64,000 bases of DNA, taken from positions 186,504 through 250,503 of IMG/VR virus record IMGVR_UViG_3300031867_000001. One strand, 5' to 3'. Position numbers and translations under genes: made by a program. The DNA comes from a virus. Taxonomy: Duplodnaviria; Caudoviricetes. The notes under the pieces were generated by a model, which worked only from the letters and a program-made list of their open reading frames with translations, searched no databases and was not told the DNA's origin. Shown here one piece after another: positions 18,973 to 29,376 of the stretch (within the stretch, counting starts at the first letter, position 1; each line of letters begins with the position of its first letter).

Positions 18973-21132
18973 ATGATGATATTGAGTAACATTATTTGTT
19001 TACCAGATGTGAATGGTAATAAAGGATATTACGATTTTGGAACAAAGAATGTTTCTTTTTTGCAAACTGCACAAGAATTAAAGTCACTTGGTATCAAACA
19101 TTGGTATTTACCATTAAAGGTTAAATATCCACAATTCAACATAACCGATATCGATCCATACGATCCATCTTTGGATCCAAGTACCATTGGAAAGATCCAT
19201 ATGGAAAGTAAAGATAACGTTTGGTACTGGACTCGAGAAGTTGCTCGTATTCCTGCGAAAGGTGCCCCAGAACCATTCTTACCAATGTTAACCCGTGCTT
19301 CATGTGCATTAATGTGGAACTTTGAACACAATATTGATTTCATGGTCGTCCAACCTCGTCAGACACATAAGACGACATGGATCAATTTATTATTATCACA
19401 TGCATTCATTTATGATTTATCCAATGCAGAAATCCCAATGATGCATTTGCAAGATAAAGACGTAACGCGTAACGTTGAAATGTTTCGTGATTATATATCA
19501 CAACTTCCAGATTATATGAATCCGTGGAGTGATCGTCCAAAGCCACCTGGAGTAAAATCCATCAAGTATGAAGCACATAAGACCGCAATATATCCATTGT
19601 GTCAACCTGATTCAGAAATCACTGCAATGGATAAGTTGCGTGGTATGACGTTGTTCTCTGGATTCATCGACGAGTTTGAATATATTAACTGTATATCACA
19701 CGTCATTGCCGGTGCAAAACCTGCAATGGAATCTGGACGTTTGATTGCACAACAAACCGGTGCAAGATGTTGTTTTATGTATGCCTCCACGCCAGGAAAC
19801 CTTGAAACGCCAACTGGTAAAGAAGCACAAAAATTAATTGATAATACACCGAAATGGTCCGAGAAGTATTATGACTTATCAGATGCAGATGTTGAGAAGT
19901 TGTTTGAACATAATATTGATGAAGACGGTGTTGATAGAACCATGATTCGTCGGTTCTATATTGAATACAATTATAAACAACTTCGCAAAGATGATATTTG
20001 GTTGGAGAAGCAATATAAAGAAGCGGAAGCATCTGGAGATATGGCAGAGTATAAACGTGGTTATTTGTTACAACGTTTCCGTGGTACACAAGGAGCATTG
20101 TTTAAGCAAGCCGATATTGATTATATCAATCAACATGTTCGTGAGCCAGATGACGAGATATTGTTATTGAAAAAATATCATTTGTATATTTATAAACACC
20201 AAGTCGTTATGACGGATTTAAATTCTGATACACCATTCTTCGATATCACATGTCCATACATGATTGGTATTGATATTGCCGGTGGAACGGCTGGAGATAA
20301 TACCACCTTTGTTGTTGTTCATCCATACACCTTCCAAGTTGTTGCAGAATTGGCATCACCATATATGGGCGCATTAGATTTGATTCGTTGTATCATTGAG
20401 CTTGCAAAGTTAATGCCAAAAGCAGTATTCTGCCCAGAGACAAATTCTATTGGTAAAGCATTATTGGAATGGATTCAAGATTCTAAGTTGGAGTATCGAT
20501 TCTACTGTGATCCAAAGTTGGACATCACAAAGAATGTTACAGAAGATGATGAGAAGGATTTTGAAAAGAAGATTAAGAATAAAGCATTACAACGTAAATA
20601 CATTGGTACAAATGTTACTCCAAAGATCCGTGAAAATATGATGACGTTATTGCGTCGATATGTTCATGATTACAGACATTTGATCAATACGAAATTGCTT
20701 GTGAATGATATCAACAACTTAACCATCATAAAAAATAAAATCCAAGCAGATAATGGAACACATGATGATATTGTCATGGCATATTGTCATGTATTGTATG
20801 TATTCACATATGGATATGATTTATCCAGATATGGAATTGTCAAGAGCAATTGTACCTTCGAGAAAGCATATATCGAAGTAAAGAATTATGAATTATCCAC
20901 TGAGCAAAACCATGTTAACAACATGAAGCCATATGGTAAAGATGCATATGGTTATGAAGAACAATTGCTTCATGACATTATTGATTCCAATCAAAATGGT
21001 TTTAACAAATCAGGAATGGATCCATATGGATATAATCGAACTCAATACAATCAAATGAATAACAATGATCCAGAACCAGTCAGAATGACACGTGCTGATT
21101 TGGCATTCTTTAATTCTGTTCAAAACTTTTAA
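18973..21132 (+). CDS. terL: Terminase large subunit
   Basis: Walker A QPRQTHKT, LRG, Walker B FIDEFE, motif III ASTP, nuclease GIDIA and HDDIVMA. Confidence 0.9.
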   Translation: MMILSNIICLPDVNGNKGYYDFGTKNVSFLQTAQELKSLGIKHWYLPLKVKYPQFNITDIDPYDPSLDPSTIGKIHMESKDNVWYWTREVARIPAKGAPEPFLPMLTRASCALMWNFEHNIDFMVVQPRQTHKTTWINLLLSHAFIYDLSNAEIPMMHLQDKDVTRNVEMFRDYISQLPDYMNPWSDRPKPPGVKSIKYEAHKTAIYPLCQPDSEITAMDKLRGMTLFSGFIDEFEYINCISHVIAGAKPAMESGRLIAQQTGARCCFMYASTPGNLETPTGKEAQKLIDNTPKWSEKYYDLSDADVEKLFEHNIDEDGVDRTMIRRFYIEYNYKQLRKDDIWLEKQYKEAEASGDMAEYKRGYLLQRFRGTQGALFKQADIDYINQHVREPDDEILLLKKYHLYIYKHQVVMTDLNSDTPFFDITCPYMIGIDIAGGTAGDNTTFVVVHPYTFQVVAELASPYMGALDLIRCIIELAKLMPKAVFCPETNSIGKALLEWIQDSKLEYRFYCDPKLDITKNVTEDDEKDFEKKIKNKALQRKYIGTNVTPKIRENMMTLLRRYVHDYRHLINTKLLVNDINNLTIIKNKIQADNGTHDDIVMAYCHVLYVFTYGYDLSRYGIVKSNCTFEKAYIEVKNYELSTEQNHVNNMKPYGKDAYGYEEQLLHDIIDSNQNGFNKSGMDPYGYNRTQYNQMNNNDPEPVRMTRADLAFFNSVQNF

Positions 21133-21142
21133 ACAACAAAAA

Positions 21143-21169
21143 AGAACCCCCGCGTGTTGCGGGGGCTCT
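21143..21169. terminator. Bidirectional terminator-like hairpin
   Basis: CCCCCGC-GTGTT-GCGGGGG with a preceding A-run, between convergent genes. Confidence 0.7.
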
Positions 21170-21202
21170 CTTATCACATCCTTTCATATTGTTCAGATCT
21201 AC

Positions 21203-21613
21203 TCAATGGGAGTTGAGCAGGTCCTTCTTATAGCGCATCATTCCATGTGCTTGAAGCGTCTCATACAGCACCCATAATGCATCTTCAACATACTGATCGA
21301 TGTCAGTGCTGTTAAAATAGCCATCGTAATAATCGCTATAGTAGTTGGGATTATTAGGACGAACCGCCTCAAGCTTCCATACATATCTATCACCGTCATT
21401 ATGACGAGTGATGATAATAGAGTCTTCATCGTCAATATCAATATGCGACAGCTCGATGAGCGTGTCGAAATATTTGAATTCACCACCGTCGATCTTCTGG
21501 TGGAACACAGCCTCCAGATAGCTCTCTACAGCAGTATAGAATGTACGGGTTCCTCTGACCTCAGAAAGGTCGAGGTTTAGCTTGTTGATCGCCATCTCAA
21601 TGCTCATTGTCAT
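21203..21613 (-). CDS. Hypothetical early protein, paralog of 22261-22656
   Basis: GGAGGAGG SD before ATG 21613. The first 42 aa align without gaps to the 22656 protein. Confidence 0.75.
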   Translation of the reverse strand: MTMSIEMAINKLNLDLSEVRGTRTFYTAVESYLEAVFHQKIDGGEFKYFDTLIELSHIDIDDEDSIIITRHNDGDRYVWKLEAVRPNNPNYYSDYYDGYFNSTDIDQYVEDALWVLYETLQAHGMMRYKKDLLNSH

Positions 21614-21615
21614 AA

Positions 21616-22149
21616 TTATTCCTCCTCCTTGTTGTTGAGCTCGTGGATGAAGACATATCCCCATCCGCCGATGCAGGTTACATGATAATTCTTATTGTCT
21701 TCGATCTGGCTGCGATCTTTGATCCAGACCTTGGATGGATCTGGCTCCACGAGACCCCAATCGTCCTTCTCCTTCTTCCAGGAGACGTTCGTCATGGTTC
21801 TGGCGTAGTCCCAGCCGTCTCCCTGCTTCAGAATGTGGAACGACCCGTTCTCCTCCAGAGCGCCACGGAGCTGCTCTGCAGCGAGGTCGAATTCAACTGT
21901 ACCCTGGTTATCCGGGAACGGCTCAACCCCGTGTGTATCAAGGATGACAGGGTCAACCGTGTCCTGTCCCTCAGATGTTGCTGTAAACCCGTTCCACGGA
22001 TGCGGCTTTTCGGAATCCAGTCTGAGAAGTGTATCCGGATCATGATCCGGATTGTCTGCGATAGATCGTGCCCAACGCTCTTCTGCACGTTTGTTCCATG
22101 CGGTCAGGCTGATGATCTCGTTTGCATTCAGAATAATCGTAGTTTTCAT
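21616..22149 (-). CDS. Hypothetical early protein
   Basis: 177 aa, AAGGAGG SD, GC-richer codons. Confidence 0.75.
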   Translation of the reverse strand: MKTTIILNANEIISLTAWNKRAEERWARSIADNPDHDPDTLLRLDSEKPHPWNGFTATSEGQDTVDPVILDTHGVEPFPDNQGTVEFDLAAEQLRGALEENGSFHILKQGDGWDYARTMTNVSWKKEKDDWGLVEPDPSKVWIKDRSQIEDNKNYHVTCIGGWGYVFIHELNNKEEE

Positions 22150-22223
22150 TACTAATTCCTCCTTAAAATTGTCCCTCGTTTGAGGGGTTTGTTTACGTTC
22201 AGTTTATGCCCTTTCGGGATGGC

Positions 22224-22254
22224 GGGCGGTTTTTATAGAGCATGCCCAGGCTCT
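22224..22254 (-). ncRNA. H-type pseudoknot element, copy B
   Basis: AGAGC-CTGGGCAT-GCTCT-ATAAAAACC-GCCC; both stems covary with copy A. Confidence 0.6.
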
Positions 22255-22260
22255 TGAGAA

Positions 22261-22656
22261 TCATACCAGATACAGGAAGTGATTCTCTACAAGTGTCATG
22301 ATGAGATTGTAGATAATCGAATCTACATAATTCTCATCCATAAACGCGGATCTAAACGTGTCTCTGAAAGATGTCCAGTAGTTTCTGGCGATGGTATAAA
22401 CATTTCCACGCCCATACTGGTACATTGTAATGTAAGCATCACCGTGCATGATCTTGATTGTACGGTTCTCGGCGCCGTGTGCTCTGGTGACAACGATCTC
22501 CGTGTCACCGTGAGCAATCGTGTTGTTGTCATCGAACTTGTCGTGGAGACAGGTTTCCATGAACTCCTTGATATGCATTTCGAGCATGCCGATGTCGGTG
22601 ATCTTGGGCATGTTAAGGGACAGAGTATTCTTTGCCATTTCAATGATAGTGTTCAT
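22261..22656 (-). CDS. Hypothetical early protein, paralog of 21203-21613
   Basis: 131 aa, AAGGAGG SD. Confidence 0.75.
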   Translation of the reverse strand: MNTIIEMAKNTLSLNMPKITDIGMLEMHIKEFMETCLHDKFDDNNTIAHGDTEIVVTRAHGAENRTIKIMHGDAYITMYQYGRGNVYTIARNYWTSFRDTFRSAFMDENYVDSIIYNLIMTLVENHFLYLV

Positions 22657-22726
22657 AATGATTCCTCCTTAAGAATCTTCCCTCGTTTGAGGGGGCTTAT
22701 GGTTTATACATTTTGGGATAATGATT

Positions 22727-22753
22727 GAGCAGTTTACCGTCTTGCTCAGGACG
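22727..22753 (-). ncRNA. H-type pseudoknot element, copy A
   Basis: CGTC-CTGAGCAA-GACG-GTAAAC-TGCTC, starting 5 nt after a stop codon. Confidence 0.6.
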
Positions 22754-22758
22754 TGTGT

Positions 22759-23055
22759 TCAGATGGTAACCCAGAGTACAGTGTACACGCTGTTGCCAGC
22801 GTTTACCTTCATGCAATCACCGTTTCTTACATGAAGATATTCGAGAGCTTCTGCAGCGGCGTATCTGCCGTGCACTCTCATTGTCATCTTGACTGCGTCC
22901 AGAGCACGCTTTGCGATTGTGTCGGTGGGGGTTGTTTCGTTGTGGTTTACACACACAGCGAAATGATGTCCATCTCTTGACTTGCACACTGTTTTGTTAG
23001 TGCCACAGTCGGCGATCATGTTCCTCGCGAGCTCATTCATCAAATAGGTATTCAT
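22759..23055 (-). CDS. Hypothetical early protein
   Basis: 98 aa, AAGGAG SD, first gene after the candidate early promoter. Confidence 0.7.
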   Translation of the reverse strand: MNTYLMNELARNMIADCGTNKTVCKSRDGHHFAVCVNHNETTPTDTIAKRALDAVKMTMRVHGRYAAAEALEYLHVRNGDCMKVNAGNSVYTVLWVTI

Positions 23056-23240
23056 AGTATACTCCTTCTCTCGGTCTATCCCGAGTGTTATTTTAAGGGA
23101 AGCATAGAAAGTTTGTTATTTACTTCCCCATAGGTTTTGAATGTGTCATGATGGTTAACCAATCCATCATGGAATAGATTCAACCCTACCTACTCGCGGG
23201 TTTAGTTTCAACCACATTCACTATTGCGAATATGATTTAC

Positions 23241-23269
23241 TCCTTCTTATTCATATTAATTATATATAT
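23241..23269 (-). promoter_or_regulatory. Candidate early promoter (29-bp repeat, copy 1)
   Basis: ATATATATAATTAATATGAATAAGAAGGA, identical to 37928-37956(+). Confidence 0.6.
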
Positions 23270-23306
23270 ATGAAATTTTAAAATAATAGAAAGAGATGGC
23301 TAAGTA

Positions 23307-23326
23307 GACGGGGCGAAAGCCCCGTC
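23307..23326 (-). terminator. Terminator-like hairpin
   Basis: GACGGGGC-TTTC-GCCCCGTC on the minus strand, followed by a pyrimidine-rich tract. Confidence 0.65.
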
Positions 23327-23546
23327 AACAAAGCCACAAAAGAATTGGAGGTATATAGAAAGGAATATAGTTATAAGAGCCATCCGGATCGGTCATGTCA
23401 TCAGCTGCACGAATTTTGACATGACACTGTACCGGAGATGAAATGCGAAGAGTCATCCCGCCCAATAAATAACTCTTCTCATATTAAGAATGTCTCTGTC
23501 TTAATATGAACGCGACCCAGATGGATTACATCTAAGTACACGTATG
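23327..23546 (-). ncRNA. Candidate structured sRNA / 3'UTR with anti-SD tracts
   Basis: Four hairpins followed by unpaired UUCCUUUCU and ACCUCC before the terminator; no ORF. Confidence 0.35.
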
Positions 23547-24995
23547 TCAACAATAAATATTCGGTAACTTTTTATACTTACTATGAACTCCAGGAAAAAA
23601 TTTCAAGATATTCCTACGTTTCATGCCCCACTTCTCAAATGCTCGAGCATATTTCACATGATCACATATGTCAAAGTAGTAACATGTAAAACCACGATTA
23701 CGCAATCTACCAACGATCTGTTCAAAGATAATTGGTGAAGACTTTTGATCAAAGTTTACAACCGCACCAAGGTTTGAAATATCAACACCCGTTCCACAGC
23801 TCATGGTTGTAGATAATATGATGTCACATTCAAATGCCTTTTGTCGTTCTGCAATAGGCATTGAACCATCTACATGTGCAATTGAGAATTCTTTGAAATA
23901 TTCTTGTTTATGCATTTCTTCTTCAACAAGTCTGATTGCATCCAACAAAGGTAGAAGCAATAATACTTTACCTTGTTCTTTTGTCTTTTGTGCAATCTTT
24001 ACCAAATGAATGACATTTGCAATGAATGGTCTTCCACCACGATAATCCATTAACATTCGATAGTATGTTGCAGATATCAAACCTTTCTTACCATACTTAA
24101 AATGTTCTTCACATATAGCCCGAGATGCATTGTAATAGATATCCTGTAAGTATGGAACGATGTACTCATCTTGATATTCTTCATACTTCTTTGAACCAAC
24201 GAATCGTTCTGCATCTGATAAAGCTCTATTCAGAACCCGATCTTCAGAATCATCAGATCTACCAAGTGTTGCTGACAAGTAGTAATTGCGTTTGATATTA
24301 CATATCGCATCAAACTTTAATAATCCTTTTAAATGAAGATGTGCTTCATCAACGATACGAATACCAAAGTTTGCTTTATCAATAACATCCATTAAGCCTT
24401 TCCAATCATCACGTAATTCATTTTCAATAGAAGAAATCGTGACAATACATACTTTCTTGGAAGGTGCATCATAGATGCGTTTTGCAATATCATCTTCATC
24501 AATACCGAGATCTGTGAAGTTTTCGATCCATTGATTCTTTAGATTTGCAGTCGGTGCAATGATCAGAGGTTTTTTACCAATCAAAGAGATTGTATACAAT
24601 GCCATGAAGGTTTTGCCGACTCCAGGCTTAACTTCAATGGTTAGTTTTGGTGATTTACATTTCACCATTCTATCAATACAATCTCTTTGCAATTGAGAAC
24701 GAGGTTCTCTGTTCATTTTAATCGTAATATCCGCACCTTCTCGTGATGGAATGTTTTTGATAAATGATTTTAATGGAACAACGTTCTGGTCTTTCATGGT
24801 TAAGAATCCAGATGTAATGTATAATACATCATGTTCTTTACCGAAGATTGGTTTTTTATCTGGATCAGCACCCGAATAAATGAAGTATTCTCGTAACGGA
24901 TCTTTCAAGGAGAAATATCGTAATGCGGCTCGTTTTATTTCTGGAGATGGATGATGTATAATAACACCTGTTGATGTTTTCTCAACCTGCTGCAT
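23547..24995 (-). CDS. Superfamily 2 DEAH helicase (UvsW-like)
   Basis: PGVGKT, IAPT, VDEAH, SAT, GTGVD, QIVGRLR. Confidence 0.88.
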   Translation of the reverse strand: MQQVEKTSTGVIIHHPSPEIKRAALRYFSLKDPLREYFIYSGADPDKKPIFGKEHDVLYITSGFLTMKDQNVVPLKSFIKNIPSREGADITIKMNREPRSQLQRDCIDRMVKCKSPKLTIEVKPGVGKTFMALYTISLIGKKPLIIAPTANLKNQWIENFTDLGIDEDDIAKRIYDAPSKKVCIVTISSIENELRDDWKGLMDVIDKANFGIRIVDEAHLHLKGLLKFDAICNIKRNYYLSATLGRSDDSEDRVLNRALSDAERFVGSKKYEEYQDEYIVPYLQDIYYNASRAICEEHFKYGKKGLISATYYRMLMDYRGGRPFIANVIHLVKIAQKTKEQGKVLLLLPLLDAIRLVEEEMHKQEYFKEFSIAHVDGSMPIAERQKAFECDIILSTTMSCGTGVDISNLGAVVNFDQKSSPIIFEQIVGRLRNRGFTCYYFDICDHVKYARAFEKWGMKRRNILKFFPGVHSKYKKLPNIYC

Positions 24996-24996
24996 A

Positions 24997-27408
24997 TTAC
25001 ATTACACCACCCATCATATCATTATCATTTCCTTCCGGTGCATCATTTAATGCATTATGATTTGCATTCGCATTATCATTTAATTTAACACGATTTGCTT
25101 CATCACGTGCTTCATTTACCAAACGATCGAACAACTCAACATCAATCTCTGGCATATATTCTTGAAGAATCTTCTTCTTAAACATACGAGCAACTTCTGA
25201 TGTATCATTCTCTGCATCTTTATTGTCTTTACGTTCTTTATCGCTCAACCAAATTGGAATGATAAATTCCATGAAAGCTTGCATATTCTGAATCTTTTCA
25301 GTTGTAACGTTCAAGAACTTAGCAGATGGCATTCTGAAAGAGAACTCTAACGTCTTGATGACTTCTGGATCAATGTCGGTTTCCCATCTCATGATACGAC
25401 GATAGAAATCTGTTAAGTATGGATTTAATTCCAACTTCTGTCCACTGACGAAAGAAACGAATTTGGTATTAGACAATTCTGCTTCTTTTGCAAAGTCAAT
25501 TTCAGATACTCCACCATTTGTCAACAGCAATGCAGGAACAGGTGTACAGTTAACAGCTTCCGTCTTCATCTGATCCATCAAATCGGTATTGATTGGTGTT
25601 TGAGCCGCTTCAACTGTTTCTACAGAGATTGGTGGTGTGTCACCAGCGCCAAGTGGCATAATCAATTCAGAACCACCACTGACTTTTGTCATAGATGTTC
25701 TGTAATTAAAAATGTCATTTGCTGTGATACGTCTTGCAGCAAACTTACGCATTGTATCTTGTACGAATTGTTTGTAATTCGTATCAATACCACTCATTCG
25801 CAAATTATACATACGAACTTGAGAATTGTTGATCTGATACAAGATGGAATACAGCTTCAAGAACATGTACATTCTGGCGGTGATCAATCCAGGTTCCAAC
25901 ATAGAATGACCATGTCCTAAACCATCTTCATTGACAATGAATGGACAAACATGTTCTGCTGGAATAAAGATAAACCGCATCATTGCTTCATTGAATTTAT
26001 GCGTCTGCAATATTGCAACGATTTGTGCATGCAATGCAGTATTATCGCGCATGAATTTCAAATCAAAGTTATTGATGATTTTAGTAGCCAACTTTTCACA
26101 GAACATTTGGTCTGGAGAAAATGTATCATATCCAATGGATGGAGTTCTTAATGTATAACCACTCAATCCAGAATTACGTCTTTCACCACTCTTCTCTGGA
26201 CGGGTCTGATCTGCGATATAATAGTAACCAATGATGGTTCGATCAATACGCAATGGAATCAATTTTGTTGCCGGTAAGATTCTGATATAACAACCTTTGA
26301 CTTGACCGAACTCTTTTTCAAATTCACTCGTATTATCGGTAGCATCATTGATCACCGCTTCGAATATGGCTTTTGTATTCTTAACATATTCCGGATGGGA
26401 CTGATTGTATTTGGTATCATAAGCCAAACGTAAATCATGTGGTGAATCTTCAATAACAGGAAGTGCGATATCTTCATTGATGTAAGAAATGTTATCACCA
26501 ATTTCACGCATAAAGGATTCAACTTGTTGATCATATTCCTTGATCATTTTCTTCTCTTGTAGATTGAATTCTTGATTCTCGGACATTGGCTTTGCATGAT
26601 ACATCGGAACAACATCCATGATTTCTGGTTCTGAAATCCAAGCACCTTCCATGATGTTTGTTTGTTTATTCTCGTTATTATAAACAGAATGACTTTCTTG
26701 GATCACAGTCGCTTTATTCAAAGATATTTCAACTGATTCACCATATCCATATCCATTCATCCGAGAAGACGTTTCAAACATATTCGCAACAGTTTCAGAA
26801 TTACGTTTGTCTTTCTTGTTTAATTTGTATTTATACAAGTCAGAAAAGACTTTGGCATATGGAACGGTATACACATAAGATTCACCATACAACTCTGTGT
26901 TGAATACAACATGATTCTTGATAATATGATGAAGCTTTAATCGATCTTCAACATCTTCAACCTTTTCCAACAAAGTATCCTTTTCCGTATCAGATAAGTC
27001 GGAATGATCGAATTTAATCGTTCGAGATAATTTACCATTTACCGTATCTGCTTCACATATTGCATCGCGTGTCACTTGTAATGCCGTATACCATTCTGGA
27101 ATCTGAGATACAATCAAATCCAAGTCTTGACGTAATGCAATATCAGCAATTGTATTAACGGGCAAGAATGCAGCATCTTGTAATTCATTTGGTAAATCAC
27201 TGATACTAACTTCTTCACCTTTATTATTCGCAAACTTTAATTTTGCAATCTTCTCAACAAATGACAGATCTGTACTTAAGTTATACTTCTTTAAGATTCC
27301 TTCAATTGTTGCAACGATTTCATCTTTCTTGACTGGTTTACCTTCACTATCACCAAGAACATCAGTGAGTAACCCATTCAGAATATCTTCATTAATTTTA
27401 TCCGCCAA
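24997..27408 (-). CDS. Portal protein
   Basis: 803 aa. ELYGESYVY, GHGHSMLEP and VPALLL patterns typical of jumbo-phage portals; TTG start after GGAGG. Confidence 0.7.
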   Translation of the reverse strand: MADKINEDILNGLLTDVLGDSEGKPVKKDEIVATIEGILKKYNLSTDLSFVEKIAKLKFANNKGEEVSISDLPNELQDAAFLPVNTIADIALRQDLDLIVSQIPEWYTALQVTRDAICEADTVNGKLSRTIKFDHSDLSDTEKDTLLEKVEDVEDRLKLHHIIKNHVVFNTELYGESYVYTVPYAKVFSDLYKYKLNKKDKRNSETVANMFETSSRMNGYGYGESVEISLNKATVIQESHSVYNNENKQTNIMEGAWISEPEIMDVVPMYHAKPMSENQEFNLQEKKMIKEYDQQVESFMREIGDNISYINEDIALPVIEDSPHDLRLAYDTKYNQSHPEYVKNTKAIFEAVINDATDNTSEFEKEFGQVKGCYIRILPATKLIPLRIDRTIIGYYYIADQTRPEKSGERRNSGLSGYTLRTPSIGYDTFSPDQMFCEKLATKIINNFDLKFMRDNTALHAQIVAILQTHKFNEAMMRFIFIPAEHVCPFIVNEDGLGHGHSMLEPGLITARMYMFLKLYSILYQINNSQVRMYNLRMSGIDTNYKQFVQDTMRKFAARRITANDIFNYRTSMTKVSGGSELIMPLGAGDTPPISVETVEAAQTPINTDLMDQMKTEAVNCTPVPALLLTNGGVSEIDFAKEAELSNTKFVSFVSGQKLELNPYLTDFYRRIMRWETDIDPEVIKTLEFSFRMPSAKFLNVTTEKIQNMQAFMEFIIPIWLSDKERKDNKDAENDTSEVARMFKKKILQEYMPEIDVELFDRLVNEARDEANRVKLNDNANANHNALNDAPEGNDNDMMGGVM

Positions 27409-27429
27409 TGTGAAGACCTCCTTTCTGTA

Positions 27430-29361
27430 TTAACGAATAACTGTCGCCATCATATCACTGCGATATTGTGTTACTTTAGAACCACTCGCAATTTTTAATG
27501 CAGCTTCTTTACGTGCTCTTTCGTCTTTAGTCAAACCATTGAAATCAACACTCCGATCATTCGATGCAATATTCGTATCGTCCGACAAATTTGAACCCTC
27601 TTGTTGATTGGATGCAATATACTTATTATTTGCATCTGCATAAGAGGTTGGACGATGTGTTGATGCAATATCACTCTCAATGTTATTATTCATCTCATGA
27701 TACTTTCTATTCTTAGTACCGCCATGATTCATAACCATTGGTTTGAAATACAATACGGGACGGAATTGATTTGGAGCTGAATTATCAACTCTGGATCGAT
27801 CATTTGTCATAATGATATATGGAGCACCGGTAAACATACCAGCAGCTCCCATATATGTTTTAGATGGTCTGGTAGTATCATCAGATGGAAGATCTTCATA
27901 ATACATCCATGGTTGAGAGGAATATACGTTTGTACGTAATGTACCATTTGCATTGACAACACCCGAGTTGTAATTGAATTCAACAAATGTTTTTTCATTC
28001 ATTTCCATTTTACGTTGATAACGGAATGTCGCATTCACAATCATCTCTTGCGTCAATGGACTGTTGTTGGTATTTGACAATCCAGATGGTGTTGCTTGGA
28101 TTGGATAAATACCATAATACTTACACCAGTACAATATTTTCGTACCAGATTCATTTGTCACAATATCAAACAATGAAGCACAATAATCCAATGCACGATC
28201 ATATGGATGTAATTTAACCAACCAATCTTCATGGTCACTACCATTGGTTATTTTAATATCATCTTTACCATTTCCCAATGCATAAGAATTGTGATAATGA
28301 TATCCATTATATGAAGGCGCCAGAATTCCTTTATATGTTTTATATTGATATTCCATCCATAGACGTAAACAATTGTAAACGTCCAATGTTTTGGTTTCTC
28401 GGAATTGGATGTCCAATGTTGAACCAACGTTTGATGTCATCAACCGAGCTGGATTTACAGAATAACCATCGATTGATTTTTGAACGGTTTCATCAACACT
28501 CATTTGTGTTGATGTCGCATTTAAACCCAATGCTGCATTTGATAATAAGTAATTGAAATTATCATCCGATCCTGTGACATAACATGGAGAGAGTATTCTC
28601 AAGATATATGGGAATTGATGATAAGCCGTTAAGAACTCTTCATCATACATGCATTGTTCACTCAGACACAATGTTCCATTATCACTATTCGCCATAATAT
28701 AACATTCTGGACGAGTAATGAAGATATGACGAAATCCCTTTCTCCAAGTTGCATCAGCTACTGGAATTTTTGTTCGATTGTAATAATAGAACATCGTGGA
28801 TTGTGCCAAGTCTGGATCAGTGCGATAGAATGGATATAATGGTGAAATACGTGGCATCTCACCATTGTTCAATTTTACTTCATGATCATACAATCCATTT
28901 TCGACGATATCTTTCGTAATGACGTCATTATATGGATTGACATTTGTTGTCGATCCAGTAAAGCTTGGACCAATCGAATCTGGATCGCCTAAACCACGTG
29001 CATGAGTTGGTCTACCTTGTGAATCATCATAACGCTCTTGAGCATGTGGTTCTTGTTCAAATACGGGCATGTTTGGATCACGTGTAAAGTGGGCATCCTT
29101 TTCAACAAGAAACGTATCCGCAGTTGTTGAATCTGGATTCATGATACTTGGCACGTGATGATTCCAGTGATCATCTGTTGTAATTACAACACCTTGTTCG
29201 TCCATTACGGATGGACGATACAATGGTTTTCCTTTAGGGTAACCAGTTGTGTATGATAACTTTTTCTCTGGGACATTATCCGCAATTCCAGAAGCACCAC
29301 TTCGTGTTTCAGTAACACCCGTTCCAGTTGGATAATTTTGATAAGTTGGCATATGTGTCAC
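27430..29361 (-). CDS. Virion structural protein (tube-like/baseplate fold)
   Basis: HIFITRPE, IQFRET, YWCKYYGIYP; in a late structural operon. Confidence 0.5.
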   Translation of the reverse strand: MTHMPTYQNYPTGTGVTETRSGASGIADNVPEKKLSYTTGYPKGKPLYRPSVMDEQGVVITTDDHWNHHVPSIMNPDSTTADTFLVEKDAHFTRDPNMPVFEQEPHAQERYDDSQGRPTHARGLGDPDSIGPSFTGSTTNVNPYNDVITKDIVENGLYDHEVKLNNGEMPRISPLYPFYRTDPDLAQSTMFYYYNRTKIPVADATWRKGFRHIFITRPECYIMANSDNGTLCLSEQCMYDEEFLTAYHQFPYILRILSPCYVTGSDDNFNYLLSNAALGLNATSTQMSVDETVQKSIDGYSVNPARLMTSNVGSTLDIQFRETKTLDVYNCLRLWMEYQYKTYKGILAPSYNGYHYHNSYALGNGKDDIKITNGSDHEDWLVKLHPYDRALDYCASLFDIVTNESGTKILYWCKYYGIYPIQATPSGLSNTNNSPLTQEMIVNATFRYQRKMEMNEKTFVEFNYNSGVVNANGTLRTNVYSSQPWMYYEDLPSDDTTRPSKTYMGAAGMFTGAPYIIMTNDRSRVDNSAPNQFRPVLYFKPMVMNHGGTKNRKYHEMNNNIESDIASTHRPTSYADANNKYIASNQQEGSNLSDDTNIASNDRSVDFNGLTKDERARKEAALKIASGSKVTQYRSDMMATVIR

Positions 29362-29376
29362 CTACCTTGTTTACCA

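Noticed and set aside
22150-22760. CRISPR array or integron attC sites
   Set aside because: Only two copies, separated by a whole gene; no regular spacers, no cas or integrase gene, no attC R/L boxes.
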